Source: Thermoanaerobaculia bacterium (GTDB lineage: Bacteria > Acidobacteriota > Thermoanaerobaculia > Multivoradales > Multivoraceae). Taken from it: a stretch of DNA of 64,000 bases. Below, one piece after another: positions 8,837-17,945 of this stretch. The notes under the pieces are model-generated. The model searched no databases. It had not been told where the DNA came from and was given only the letters and a program-made list of their open reading frames with translations. The DNA lies in contig JAJDZH010000018.1 of assembly GCA_022824725.1 (NCBI GenBank), positions 321 through 64,320 on the forward strand, given 5' to 3'. Position 1 is the stretch's first letter. Each line of letters starts with the position of its first letter. The position numbers and the translations under genes are program-made.

Positions 8837-9721
8837 GTGCCGCTCTTCAGGTCGCTGCGTCCGGCGCAGTGGAGCAAGAACGTGTTCGTTCTTGCGCCGG
8901 CGACGTTCGCCGGCAGCTTGCTCGACCGCGGCACGATGGAGGCTTCGGCGGTGGCCTTCGGCGCGTTCTGCGCCGCGGCCAGCGCCGTCTACCTGTTCAA
9001 CGACCTGCGCGACCGCGAGCAGGACCGCCGCCATCCCCGGAAGCGGTTGCGGCCGGTGGCGTCCGGCGCCCTGGGCACGGCGCCGGCCGCGGTGGCGTGC
9101 GCCGCGCTGGCCGCCACCGCGCTGATCGCGGCCTGGGCGCTCAACCGGGAGACCGCGCTTCTGGTTGGCCTCTACCTGCTGGCGAACCTGCTCTACAGCC
9201 TCTGGCTGAAGGAGATCGTGATCGTCGACGTGATGGTGCTCGCGAGCGGTTACGTCATCCGCGTGGTGGTGGGAGCGGCCGCGGTCGGGGTCACGGTGTC
9301 CGCCTGGCTGCTGCTCTGCACGGTCTTCCTGTCGCTGTTTCTGGGCTTCTCCAAGCGCCGCCACGAACTCGTGCTGCTTCCGGCCGACGCCGGCGAGCAG
9401 CGGGCGGTTCTCGATCACTACAGCCCGACGTTCCTGGACCAGATGATGAACGTCGTGACGGCGTCGACCCTGCTGTCCTACGCCCTCTACACGACGGCCG
9501 ACGAGACGGTCGTGCGCTTCGGCGACTACGGCCTGGTCTGGACGGTGCCGTTCGTGCTCTTCGGCATCTTCCGCTACCTGTACCTGATCCACAAGGCCGA
9601 GAATCCGAAGCAACGCAATCCGACGGAGCTACTCCTGTACGACGTTCCCTTCCTGGTGAACGTGGGGCTCTACGCCCTGGCCGTCTTCGTGATCGTCTAT
9701 CTGGCTGGGCCGGCGCAGTAG
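8837..9721 (+). CDS. UbiA-family prenyltransferase, decaprenyl-phosphate phosphoribosyltransferase (DPPR synthase)-like
   Basis: RPAQWSKN and NDLRDREQDRRHPRKRLRPVASG motifs resemble those of mycobacterial Rv3806c-type enzymes. Confidence 0.7.
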   Translation: MPLFRSLRPAQWSKNVFVLAPATFAGSLLDRGTMEASAVAFGAFCAAASAVYLFNDLRDREQDRRHPRKRLRPVASGALGTAPAAVACAALAATALIAAWALNRETALLVGLYLLANLLYSLWLKEIVIVDVMVLASGYVIRVVVGAAAVGVTVSAWLLLCTVFLSLFLGFSKRRHELVLLPADAGEQRAVLDHYSPTFLDQMMNVVTASTLLSYALYTTADETVVRFGDYGLVWTVPFVLFGIFRYLYLIHKAENPKQRNPTELLLYDVPFLVNVGLYALAVFVIVYLAGPAQ

Positions 9722-9734
9722 ACAATCGGCTGCG

Positions 9735-9800
9735 CCGGCGCTCTGGGAACTGGGTGCGCCGGCGCCCTCGCCGGCATCCGGCGCGAAGCGCCGGCTTCCG
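9735..9800. repeat. REP/MITE-like palindromic element between convergent genes
   Basis: Core ACTGGGTGCGCCGGCGCCCTCGCCGGC followed by the palindrome CCGGCGCGAAGCGCCGG. Confidence 0.7.
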
Positions 9801-9801
9801 C

Positions 9802-10773
9802 CTAGCGCCGGCGCAGTAGCGACAGCACCCAGGGCATGGCCAGCACGCCGACCGCGACCGCGAACCAGAAGGTGGCGGCGCGGACGATGATGGTCGAGGC
9901 CATCGCGGCGTCGAGAGCGACGCCCTGGCGTTCCAGCAGCAGGACGAGCGACCCCTCCGCGGCGAGCAGGCCGCCGGGGATCATCGAGGCGGCGCCCGCG
10001 ACGCTGGAGGCCGCGTAGTCGAACACCGAGGCCAGGACGGGCACCGAGGGCGCGTAGTGGCGGACGACGAGCGCACAGCCGATGCCTTCGGCCGCCCAGG
10101 CCGCGGTGGACAGGGCGAGGCCCGGGAGCAGCATCCTGGGCTCCACGAGTTTCGTGAATGCCTGATGGATGTCGATCAGCAGGGCGGCGCGACCCCTGGC
10201 GAGCCGGCTCTTCGCCAGCAGGGGCAGCAGTCGTCTCGTGAGAGGACCGTAGGCCACGGCGACCGCGGCGCCGGCCGCGACGAGGACGATGGGCGCGACG
10301 AACGAGCGCTGCCCGGCGAAGACGAAGACCGACGACAGGAGCAGCAGAAGGACGGCGAGCACGTCGAGCAGCCGCTCGGTGACGACGATGGCGACGACCG
10401 GCCGCGCCCGTCCGCCTCCGAACTCGCGCGCCAGCCAGGCCTTGGCGAGTTCGCCCGCCTTGCCCGGCGTCACCGCGAGCAGGAAGCCGGTCAGGAAGAT
10501 GGCGAGGCTGCGGCTCCACTTCAGGCGGACGTCGAGTTGCCGCAGGTACATCTGCCAGCGAACGAAGCGCAGCCAGTAGTTGACGGCGGACAGCAACAGC
10601 ACGACGGCCAGCGTCGAGGGGCTGAAGTCCCGGATCAGATCGCGGATCTGCTCGAAGTCGCCGACGAAGCCGAGTGCGGCGAAGGTGACCGTGCCCAGCA
10701 GGAGCAGGATCAGCAGGCCCCTTCCGATGCCGCGGAACGGCTGGTGGTTGGAGAGCTGCACGAGCGGCGGCAT
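9802..10773 (-). CDS. flippase-like / lysylphosphatidylglycerol-synthase TM-region family (UPF0104) membrane protein
   Basis: Multi-TM protein that starts at MPPLVQLSN (ATG at 10773); the upstream 5' ORF extension is GC-frame noise. Confidence 0.55.
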   Translation of the reverse strand: MPPLVQLSNHQPFRGIGRGLLILLLLGTVTFAALGFVGDFEQIRDLIRDFSPSTLAVVLLLSAVNYWLRFVRWQMYLRQLDVRLKWSRSLAIFLTGFLLAVTPGKAGELAKAWLAREFGGGRARPVVAIVVTERLLDVLAVLLLLLSSVFVFAGQRSFVAPIVLVAAGAAVAVAYGPLTRRLLPLLAKSRLARGRAALLIDIHQAFTKLVEPRMLLPGLALSTAAWAAEGIGCALVVRHYAPSVPVLASVFDYAASSVAGAASMIPGGLLAAEGSLVLLLERQGVALDAAMASTIIVRAATFWFAVAVGVLAMPWVLSLLRRR

Positions 10774-10833
10774 GGACGGTAGCAGCTTGGTGACCGTACA
10801 GCTCAGGTGGGAGGCGCTAAGCTGATTCCGCAC

Positions 10834-12333
10834 ATGTCGAGCGCGAAGTCGAAGGCGCGGCACCGCCTGGCTGCCCGGATCGTGCTCTATGGAGCGTTGC
10901 TCGCGGCCCTCGCGTTCGCCGTGGTGTTCTCCCGGCGGACGGCGCCGGCGCCGACCTTCGACACGAGCTGGCGGGAGGTGGACTACGAGGCGGACGAGAA
11001 CGTCCGGCGCCTTCAGGAGCTGGTGCGGATCGACACGACGCCGGACACGGGCCGCGAGATCGACGCCGCGCGCTACCTCGCCGGCATTCTGGAGGATGCG
11101 GGCATTGCCGTGGAGATCGAGCCGCACGAGGGCGCCCGGGCAAACCTCTGGGCGATCCTCGAAGGCGAGAGCCGGGAGGCGCTGGTGCTTCACAACCACC
11201 TCGACGTCGAGCCGGTGCGGCGCCCGGAGGAGTGGGTCGTGCCGCCCTTCGAGGGGCGGATCGAGCCGCCATGGATCATCGGCCGCGGCGTGTTCGACAT
11301 GAAGAGCGTGACGGTGGCCCAGCTCGCCGCGATGCTGGCGGCCGCGGAGCGGACGGCGGCGACCGGCCTGCGGCCGAGCCGGTCGCTGATCTTCCTCGCG
11401 ACGAGTAGCGAGGAGACGGGCAGCGACCCGGGGACGCGCCATATCCTCGCCCACCGCCCGGAACTCACGGAGCGGTTCTGGGCGGTGCTGGGTGAGGGCG
11501 GCGTGCTGGAGGCGACCTGGACGAACGAGGTGAAGTACTGGGGCACCTCGTTCGCCCAGAAGCAGTTCCTGGAGGTGACGGCCACGGCGCCGGCGGCGGA
11601 GCGGCTGGAGCGGCTGCGCGCGGACCTGCTCTCGGCGCTCCGTACCGCGAAGCCGGTGGCGGTGGTGCCGGAGGTGGCCGCGTTCGCGGCGGCTTACGGG
11701 CCGTCTCGCCAGCACCCGGAGTACCGGGCGGCGCTGGCGGAGCCCGACCGGGTGCTCGACGAACCGGAACTGTTCGACGGCCTGCCGAACCTGCTCAAGG
11801 CGTTGTTCCGCAACGAGGCGCACCCGTTCTTCGTCGAAGCCGCTTCCGCTGGCGGCTACCGGCTGCGAATCGTCCTCCACGTGCTGCCCGGCCTGAACGC
11901 AGACGCGGCCGCGGCCGAACTGCTGCCCGCCCGGCTGTTGGACGGCGTGGAGATTCGCATCCACGAGCGACGGGGAGCGGCGCATGGCAGTCCCCTCGAT
12001 CATCCGGCCTACCTGCGGCTGACCGAGTCGCTGCGCCGGCGCACCGGCGTCGAGCCGGACCGGATCGGTCCCTACCTGCTGGCGCGCTATGCCAACGACG
12101 CCCGCTTCTTCCGGCTCGACGGCATCGCCGCGTACGGATTCACGCCCTTCCGGTTCCTGGCGGTCGATTCGATGACCGTCGCGGGCCCGAACGAGAAGAT
12201 CGCCCTGCCCTCCTTCGTGGACGGCGTCGAGCTGTACCGCCAGGTCGTACTGGACCTTCTCGACCTGCCGCCGACTGCCGGGACACGACTGACCGCCGCC
12301 TCCTCGGGCGGAGTGACGGAGGCGGCCCGGTGA
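10834..12333 (+). CDS. M20-family metallopeptidase (ArgE/DapE/CPG2-like) with N-terminal membrane anchor
   Basis: LHNHLDVEPV, GRGVFDMKS and TSSEETGS motifs are typical of M20 peptidases. Confidence 0.7.
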   Translation: MSSAKSKARHRLAARIVLYGALLAALAFAVVFSRRTAPAPTFDTSWREVDYEADENVRRLQELVRIDTTPDTGREIDAARYLAGILEDAGIAVEIEPHEGARANLWAILEGESREALVLHNHLDVEPVRRPEEWVVPPFEGRIEPPWIIGRGVFDMKSVTVAQLAAMLAAAERTAATGLRPSRSLIFLATSSEETGSDPGTRHILAHRPELTERFWAVLGEGGVLEATWTNEVKYWGTSFAQKQFLEVTATAPAAERLERLRADLLSALRTAKPVAVVPEVAAFAAAYGPSRQHPEYRAALAEPDRVLDEPELFDGLPNLLKALFRNEAHPFFVEAASAGGYRLRIVLHVLPGLNADAAAAELLPARLLDGVEIRIHERRGAAHGSPLDHPAYLRLTESLRRRTGVEPDRIGPYLLARYANDARFFRLDGIAAYGFTPFRFLAVDSMTVAGPNEKIALPSFVDGVELYRQVVLDLLDLPPTAGTRLTAASSGGVTEAAR

Positions 12334-13757
12334 GGGCGCCCGGCGCGCGGCGGACAGGCCTGCTCCTGGCCTCCACCGCGGTTCTGCTGGCGGCCGGGCC
12401 GGCCTTCGCCGGCGCGGCGCCGGTCGCCTGGCTTCAGACCTACCTGTCCTTCGACACCAGCAATCCCCCGGGCGGCGAGCGGGCCGCCGTCGAGTACCTG
12501 GCTTCGCTGATCGAGCGCCACGATCCGGCGGGCGAGCTCGAGGTTCGGGTACTGACCAGCCCCGGCGGCCGGGCCAACCTCTACGCGCGGTTGCCGGCGA
12601 ACGTCTCCGATGCCGCCGGCGGCCCCCTGGTGCTGCTGCATCACGTCGACGTGGTCCCGGCGGGAGAGGGCTGGAGCCGGCCGCCGTTCGGCGGAACGAT
12701 GCACGACGGGAAGATCTGGGGCCGCGGCGCCCTCGACGCGAAGAGTCTCGGCATTGCCCATCTGGGCGCGATGCTGCACGTCCTCGAGAGCGGGCAGACG
12801 CGGCGCCGCGACCTGGTCTTCGTCGCCAGCGCGGACGAGGAGGCGGGCGGGGCCGACGGTGTCGGCTGGTTGCTGGAGGAGCACTGGGAACTGTTCGCCG
12901 ATGCCGAGGCCGTGCTGAACGAGGCGGGCGTGAACCGGGTGGCCGGGGACCGCCTGCTGTGGTGGGGCATCGAGACGGCGCAGAAGCAGGTGCTCTGGCT
13001 CCGCGTCACGACCACCGGCCGCGGAGGGCACGGTTCGGGATTCAACCCGGCGAGCCCCACGCACCGCCTCGTGCGGGCGCTGAACCGGGTGCTCGAACTG
13101 GAACATCCGTGGCGGGTCACGACGGCGGCGCACGAGGCCTACCGGGGCCTCGCGACGTTCCACTCGGAGGAGTTCGCCGAGGTCTTCGATCAGCCGATCG
13201 AGGGCGTGCAGGCGGAGCTCGACCGGCGGCTGCGGCTGGGCGGCCTGGACCGCGTACTGCTGCCCGGCATGTCGGCGAGTTTCCGCGACACGGTGCAGAT
13301 CACGCGGATCGACAATGGCTCCGGACCGGTCAATGTGGCGCCCGGTGAGGCCGTGGCGTTCATTGACGCCCGCCTGCTGCCGGACACGGATGCCGATGCC
13401 TTTCGCCGGCGGGTCGACACCGTCCTGGGTACCGGCATCCACGTCGAGGAGCTCCTGCGTTCGGACGCCAGCCCGGCGTCGAGCACCCAAAGCGACGTCT
13501 ACCGGACGTTGGAGCGCGTCCTCGGCGTGCGCGCGCCGGTGGCGCCGGCGATGATCGCCGGCGCGACGGACTCGCGCTTCTTCCGCCAGCGCGGCGTGGA
13601 CGCCTACGGTTTCTCGCCGTTCGTCGTCGCGGCCGAGGACGCCGCGGGGATCCACGGGCTCGACGAGCGGATACCTGTCGACGCTTTCCTTCGCGGCTGC
13701 GAGATGATGAAACGGGTCGTCGGCGCGCTCGTTCGGGGCAACGGCGGGCAGCCATGA
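12330..13757 (+). CDS. M20-family metallopeptidase, secreted paralog
   Basis: Signal peptide; LLHHVDVVP, GRGALDAKS and ASADEEAGG motifs; start overlaps the previous stop (ATGA-type). Confidence 0.7.
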   Translation: MRAPGARRTGLLLASTAVLLAAGPAFAGAAPVAWLQTYLSFDTSNPPGGERAAVEYLASLIERHDPAGELEVRVLTSPGGRANLYARLPANVSDAAGGPLVLLHHVDVVPAGEGWSRPPFGGTMHDGKIWGRGALDAKSLGIAHLGAMLHVLESGQTRRRDLVFVASADEEAGGADGVGWLLEEHWELFADAEAVLNEAGVNRVAGDRLLWWGIETAQKQVLWLRVTTTGRGGHGSGFNPASPTHRLVRALNRVLELEHPWRVTTAAHEAYRGLATFHSEEFAEVFDQPIEGVQAELDRRLRLGGLDRVLLPGMSASFRDTVQITRIDNGSGPVNVAPGEAVAFIDARLLPDTDADAFRRRVDTVLGTGIHVEELLRSDASPASSTQSDVYRTLERVLGVRAPVAPAMIAGATDSRFFRQRGVDAYGFSPFVVAAEDAAGIHGLDERIPVDAFLRGCEMMKRVVGALVRGNGGQP

Positions 13758-14542
13758 CCGGAGCGGCGCCGGCGACCGTCGCCTTCGGAGCGGTGTACGC
13801 CGCTGTGGTCGGGCTGTGCGTCGGCAGCTTCCTCAATGTGGTCGCCTGGCGCCTGCCGCGAGGTGAGTCGATCGTGCGTCCGCGCTCGCGCTGTCCCCAC
13901 TGCAGCGCCCGGATCGCCGCACGGGACAACGTGCCGTTGCTGAGTTTCGTGATTCTCCGCTGCCGTTGCAGGACCTGCGGCGAGCCGATCGCGTGGCGCT
14001 ATCCGGCGGTGGAGGCGGGCAGCGGTGTCCTCTGGCTCGCCTCCTGGCTCGTCTTCGGGCCGACGTTCGACGGCCTTCTGGCCGCCGTCTTCTGCAGCCT
14101 CATGCTGGTGCTGGCGATCATCGACGCGAGCCACCTCCTGCTCCCCGATCCGCTGACCTGGGGCGGAATCGGGCTCGGTCTGGCCGGTTCCTTCGTGGTG
14201 TCCTGGACGACCCCCCGAAACGCGGTGTTCGGCGCCGCGGTCGGGGCCGGAGCGCTGCTGCTGCTGATCGGACTCTGGTACCTCCTTCGCCGGGTACGGG
14301 GCATGGGGCTCGGCGACGTGAAGATGCTCGCCGCGGTCGGTGCGTTTCTGGGCGTCGGCGGTACGCTGCTGACGTTGTTCCTCGCGTCCCTGGTCGGCGC
14401 GCTCGCGGGCCTCCTGTTCATGGTCCGCGGCCGGCTGGGCTGGAGTTCCAGGCTTCCCTTCGGCGTCTTTCTCGCGATGGGCGCCCTCGTGTCGCTGTTC
14501 TTCGGACCGCGCTTGATCGCCGCCTACACGTCCCTGCTGTAA
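13754..14542 (+). CDS. pilD: type IV prepilin leader peptidase (A24 family)
   Basis: N-terminal Cys tetrad (CPHC...CRTC), the GLGDVKM motif and a multi-TM body. Confidence 0.8.
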   Translation: MTGAAPATVAFGAVYAAVVGLCVGSFLNVVAWRLPRGESIVRPRSRCPHCSARIAARDNVPLLSFVILRCRCRTCGEPIAWRYPAVEAGSGVLWLASWLVFGPTFDGLLAAVFCSLMLVLAIIDASHLLLPDPLTWGGIGLGLAGSFVVSWTTPRNAVFGAAVGAGALLLLIGLWYLLRRVRGMGLGDVKMLAAVGAFLGVGGTLLTLFLASLVGALAGLLFMVRGRLGWSSRLPFGVFLAMGALVSLFFGPRLIAAYTSLL

Positions 14543-14572
14543 GACGACGCGTCCGTTTCCGTCCTGTTCAGT

Positions 14573-15025
14573 ATGAACAGGATCCACCACGCTGCTGTCG
14601 CCGCGCCGCGGACCGCCGGCTTCAGCCTCGTCGAGACCCTTGTCTCCTTCGCCCTGCTCGGCCTGACCGCGTCCACCGTGCTCTCGCTGCTCGTCCGGTC
14701 CGGCCTGAACAACCTGGAGGCGCGCCGCGCCGACGCTCTCGCCGCGATGGCCCGCTCGTCCCTGGCCGATCTCGACGGCCTTCGCCTCGAGGACGGCCAG
14801 GAGCACGAGCAGGTCTGGTGCGCCTCCGCGGCCGTCTGGCGGGACGACTGCGGCGCCGAGGCGCCCCGCTTCCGGCGCGTTATCCGTTCCGTTACCGTTC
14901 TCGAACCCGGTCTTGCCGGAGAGTCGGTCGAGATCCGCGAAGTGACGATCGCGGTGACCTCCATGCGGGCCGGCCGCGCCGCCGGCGAACGGACGATCGC
15001 GCTCGTTACCCTCCGCCCGCCATGA
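14573..15025 (+). CDS. prepilin-type N-terminal methylation domain protein (minor pilin/pseudopilin)
   Basis: N-terminus GFSLVETLVSFALLGL is a class III signal plus hydrophobic helix. Confidence 0.65.
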   Translation: MNRIHHAAVAAPRTAGFSLVETLVSFALLGLTASTVLSLLVRSGLNNLEARRADALAAMARSSLADLDGLRLEDGQEHEQVWCASAAVWRDDCGAEAPRFRRVIRSVTVLEPGLAGESVEIREVTIAVTSMRAGRAAGERTIALVTLRPP

Positions 15026-16017
15026 GCCGGCGCCCCGCCATGAAGGCCGCGGACGCCGGCGCCAGCCTGATCGAGACGCTCGTCGCCTTCGGCCTGACCG
15101 TCGCCGTTTCGGCGTTCGCGCTCTCTCTGTTCACCCACTACCAGCGCCTCGCCCGCGCGCAACTCGACGACTCCTCCCTGCAGCAGGCGCAGCAGACGGT
15201 CCATCGCGAACTGCGGCGGGCGCTGCGGGCCGCGGGCCGCGGCGGCGTCGCGCGGCCGGCGCCGGAACTCGCGGCTTTCGTCGAGAAGAACGTCGCGGCC
15301 GGGCACCCGGTGGGCGGCGTCGCCGCCGCCGAGGGCACCGACGTGCTGGTCGTCCGCGGCGTCATGAACGGACCGGTCTACTGGGTGAGCGGCTTCGAGT
15401 TCAGCCCGGCGACCGCGCGCGGCTGGGTCGAGGTGCGAGCCGAGTTCGCCGGCGCCGTTTCCCAGCCGCTGGCCATGCTCGAGGAGGCGGGCGATGCCGG
15501 CGACGACGCCCTGCTGCTGGTCTCCGGCACGGCGCCGGTTCACGCGGTGGTCCCGGTGACCGAAGTCGAGGCCGGCGGCCGGGGCCGAAGCCGGGCCGTC
15601 AGGGTCCACTTCCACGCCGACGCCTCGCGGGGGCCTTTCGCGGCGGCGTATCTGGGCATGTCGAGCGGCGGCGGCTGGCCGGCGGGCCGCATGGACGTGG
15701 TTGAGCGGGTGGGTGTGCTGGAGGAGTGGCGTTTCTACGTCCGGCCGCCCGATCCGGCCAGCGGCCGCAGGGCGCAGCTTGCGATGGCCCGGCTCTATCC
15801 GGGCACCGGCGTGGCCTGGCGGCGGCGCGCCTCGAACCTGGCGCAGCCGATAGCGGACGATGTGGTCGACCTGGACGTGACGATCACGGAGACCGCGGAC
15901 GGGGGAGGCTTCGCGGCGGCGGTCGCCAGCACGGCCGGTACCGGCGAGGCGACCGCGGCCGCGCCCCGGCTGGAGCGGACGGCGACCTCCCTGGTCCGGC
16001 TGAGGAACCTGCGGTGA
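15022..16017 (+). CDS. PilW-like minor pilin (prepilin-type N-terminus)
   Basis: ASLIETLVAFGLTVAV N-terminus; ATGA overlap with the upstream gene. Confidence 0.55.
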   Translation: MSRRPAMKAADAGASLIETLVAFGLTVAVSAFALSLFTHYQRLARAQLDDSSLQQAQQTVHRELRRALRAAGRGGVARPAPELAAFVEKNVAAGHPVGGVAAAEGTDVLVVRGVMNGPVYWVSGFEFSPATARGWVEVRAEFAGAVSQPLAMLEEAGDAGDDALLLVSGTAPVHAVVPVTEVEAGGRGRSRAVRVHFHADASRGPFAAAYLGMSSGGGWPAGRMDVVERVGVLEEWRFYVRPPDPASGRRAQLAMARLYPGTGVAWRRRASNLAQPIADDVVDLDVTITETADGGGFAAAVASTAGTGEATAAAPRLERTATSLVRLRNLR

Positions 16018-17900
16018 AGCCGGCCGTGGCTCGCGGTTCGGATCGACGCACCCGCGCCCTCGCCGCGGACCGCGGCAAGACGCCCGGGCTGGAGTCCGGT
16101 CGGGGCAGGGCCGCCGACGGCAGTTCGACCCTGCTGGTGACGATGATCCTGCTGCTGCTGAGCGGCGCCTGTCTGGCGTTGCTGATGGCGACCCAGACCC
16201 GGATGCTCACGGCGGCCCAGGAGAGGGTGCGGCTCCGCCTGCTGGCGGCCGCGGAGGGGGGAGTGGAACTTGCGGTGGCGCGGGCGATGGCCGGCGCCGT
16301 CGAACCGGCCCCGCGCTCGCTTGGCGGCGCCGCGCCTGGCGCGGAGATTCTGGTCGAGCCTTCCGGCCTCGTGCCGATGGCGCGCGGTCCGTGCGCCCAC
16401 TGCATGACGAACCTGGAGGGAACGCTGGGGGCGCTCGGCGGTCTCGGGCGGGCGAGCCACGTCGTTTCGGCGACGGCGAGCGCCTCGCCGCGCGCGGACG
16501 GACTGCCGCCGCCGCGGCGCACCGTGTCGGCCATGGTCGATCTCGCGCCCTGGCCGGCCGGCGGCCGGGACGAGTGGGATCTGGCCGCGACGATGGCGGC
16601 CGCGCGGCGGGAGGTCCGGCGGGCCGCGTCGACGGCGGCGGGCGGCTACGAGGAGAACTCGCCGCTGGCGGTGGCGACCTTCGACGGCGCGGATGGAGGC
16701 GCCGCGCGGACGGTGGCGGTCGGCGCGGCGGGAGCGGCCCTCCACGCCGTGGAGCTGTCGCCGCGCCCGGGCCCGCTCTGGACGTTTGTCGACGCGAACG
16801 ACGAGGACCGTGGCGGAGCGCCGGACTTCGGGCGGGCCGTCGCGCCGCCGGCGATCGCGCGGCTGCGGCTGGGCGAGGGCGCTCGCCCCGTCGCGCTGTT
16901 CGGCGGCGGCTACGACCGCGAACGGCCGTTCGAGGTCGGAAACTGGCTCTACATGGTCGACATGGACTCCGGCGCTCTGCTCTACAAGCGCGAGCTCGAC
17001 GCTCCCTCGGTGGCGACCCCGGCCGTCGCCGACCTGACCGGCGACGGCGTGGCCGACGTCGTCTACGTGGGCACCCTGGCCGGCAGCCTGTACCGCGTCG
17101 ACGCGTCGGCGGCCGCGCCGCTTGCGAGCGGCCGGGTCGCGGCGGGCGCCTGGACTCCGCGCCCGGTGTTCGATGCGGGCGGTCTGGCCGTCCGGCAGCC
17201 GCCGGCGGTCGTGTCGGCGCCGGAACTCGGCGCGCCGGTGTTGGCCTTCGGCGCCGGCGGGGGAGACGGCCCGGCGAACCGGCCGGATACGCTGCCGCCG
17301 GGTGAAGCCGCCGCGGGTCGGGTCTTCGTCCTGGTCGACCGGGGAAGCGGGTGGATCGGCGCCGCCGACAGCGTCCCCGCCGTCGATCCCTCCGGCAACA
17401 TGCCGGGCCGCGACCGCCTCGCGCCGGAGTTGCCGCCGGCGGAGCAGGGCTGGTCGCTCGCCCTTGCGCCGGGCGAGCGGGTCGCCTCGCCGCCGCTTGT
17501 CGTCTCGGGGCTGCTCGCCTTCCTCACCTTCCGGCCGACCGTCGCCGGCGACGCCGGCGAAGTCCGCCGGTACTCGCTCCAGCTTCGCTCTGGCGACCCC
17601 ATGGCCGGCGGCGGGCCTCGCTCCGTCATCGTCGCCGCCCGTGCTCCTTCGCCTTCGTTCGGCCTCGGTTCGCCCGCGCGAATCGACCTCGACCATCCCG
17701 GCGGCTTCTCCGCGCCGCTGCTCGCCCCCGACGAGGAACGCGCCGTGGAGATCCTCCGAGCCTCCATGCCGCAACGCTGCCGTTTCGTCGGCTCCCGCCT
17801 CCGCCTGCAAGTCGAAGGCCCGGACGGCGCCCTCTTCCGGCTCGCCGTCTTGCCGGTCTGCCGCGCCGACGTCGACTGGTACGAAGGCGGAGCGTTCTGA
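16014..17900 (+). CDS. PilX_N-like N-terminus fused to PilY1-like beta-propeller (type IV pilus tip adhesin / biogenesis factor)
   Basis: GTGA overlap start; N-terminus STLLVTMILLLLSGACLALL...AAAEGG is PilX_N-like; C-terminal half carries LYMVDMDSGALLYK and ADLTGDGVADVVYVGTLAGSLYRVD, typical of the PilY1 propeller calcium site. Confidence 0.65.
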   Translation: MKPAVARGSDRRTRALAADRGKTPGLESGRGRAADGSSTLLVTMILLLLSGACLALLMATQTRMLTAAQERVRLRLLAAAEGGVELAVARAMAGAVEPAPRSLGGAAPGAEILVEPSGLVPMARGPCAHCMTNLEGTLGALGGLGRASHVVSATASASPRADGLPPPRRTVSAMVDLAPWPAGGRDEWDLAATMAAARREVRRAASTAAGGYEENSPLAVATFDGADGGAARTVAVGAAGAALHAVELSPRPGPLWTFVDANDEDRGGAPDFGRAVAPPAIARLRLGEGARPVALFGGGYDRERPFEVGNWLYMVDMDSGALLYKRELDAPSVATPAVADLTGDGVADVVYVGTLAGSLYRVDASAAAPLASGRVAAGAWTPRPVFDAGGLAVRQPPAVVSAPELGAPVLAFGAGGGDGPANRPDTLPPGEAAAGRVFVLVDRGSGWIGAADSVPAVDPSGNMPGRDRLAPELPPAEQGWSLALAPGERVASPPLVVSGLLAFLTFRPTVAGDAGEVRRYSLQLRSGDPMAGGGPRSVIVAARAPSPSFGLGSPARIDLDHPGGFSAPLLAPDEERAVEILRASMPQRCRFVGSRLRLQVEGPDGALFRLAVLPVCRADVDWYEGGAF

Positions 17901-17945
17901 CCGGCGCTACCGCGGCCGTGTAGAGGTTTGTCAAACTGACGAGTC

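Noticed and set aside
9802-12003. 733-aa reading of the minus-strand ORF containing the flippase-like gene
   Set aside because: Only the C-terminal ~323 codons (from MPPLVQLSN at 10773) look like a membrane protein. The upstream part overlaps the M20 peptidase gene on the other strand and is compositional noise.
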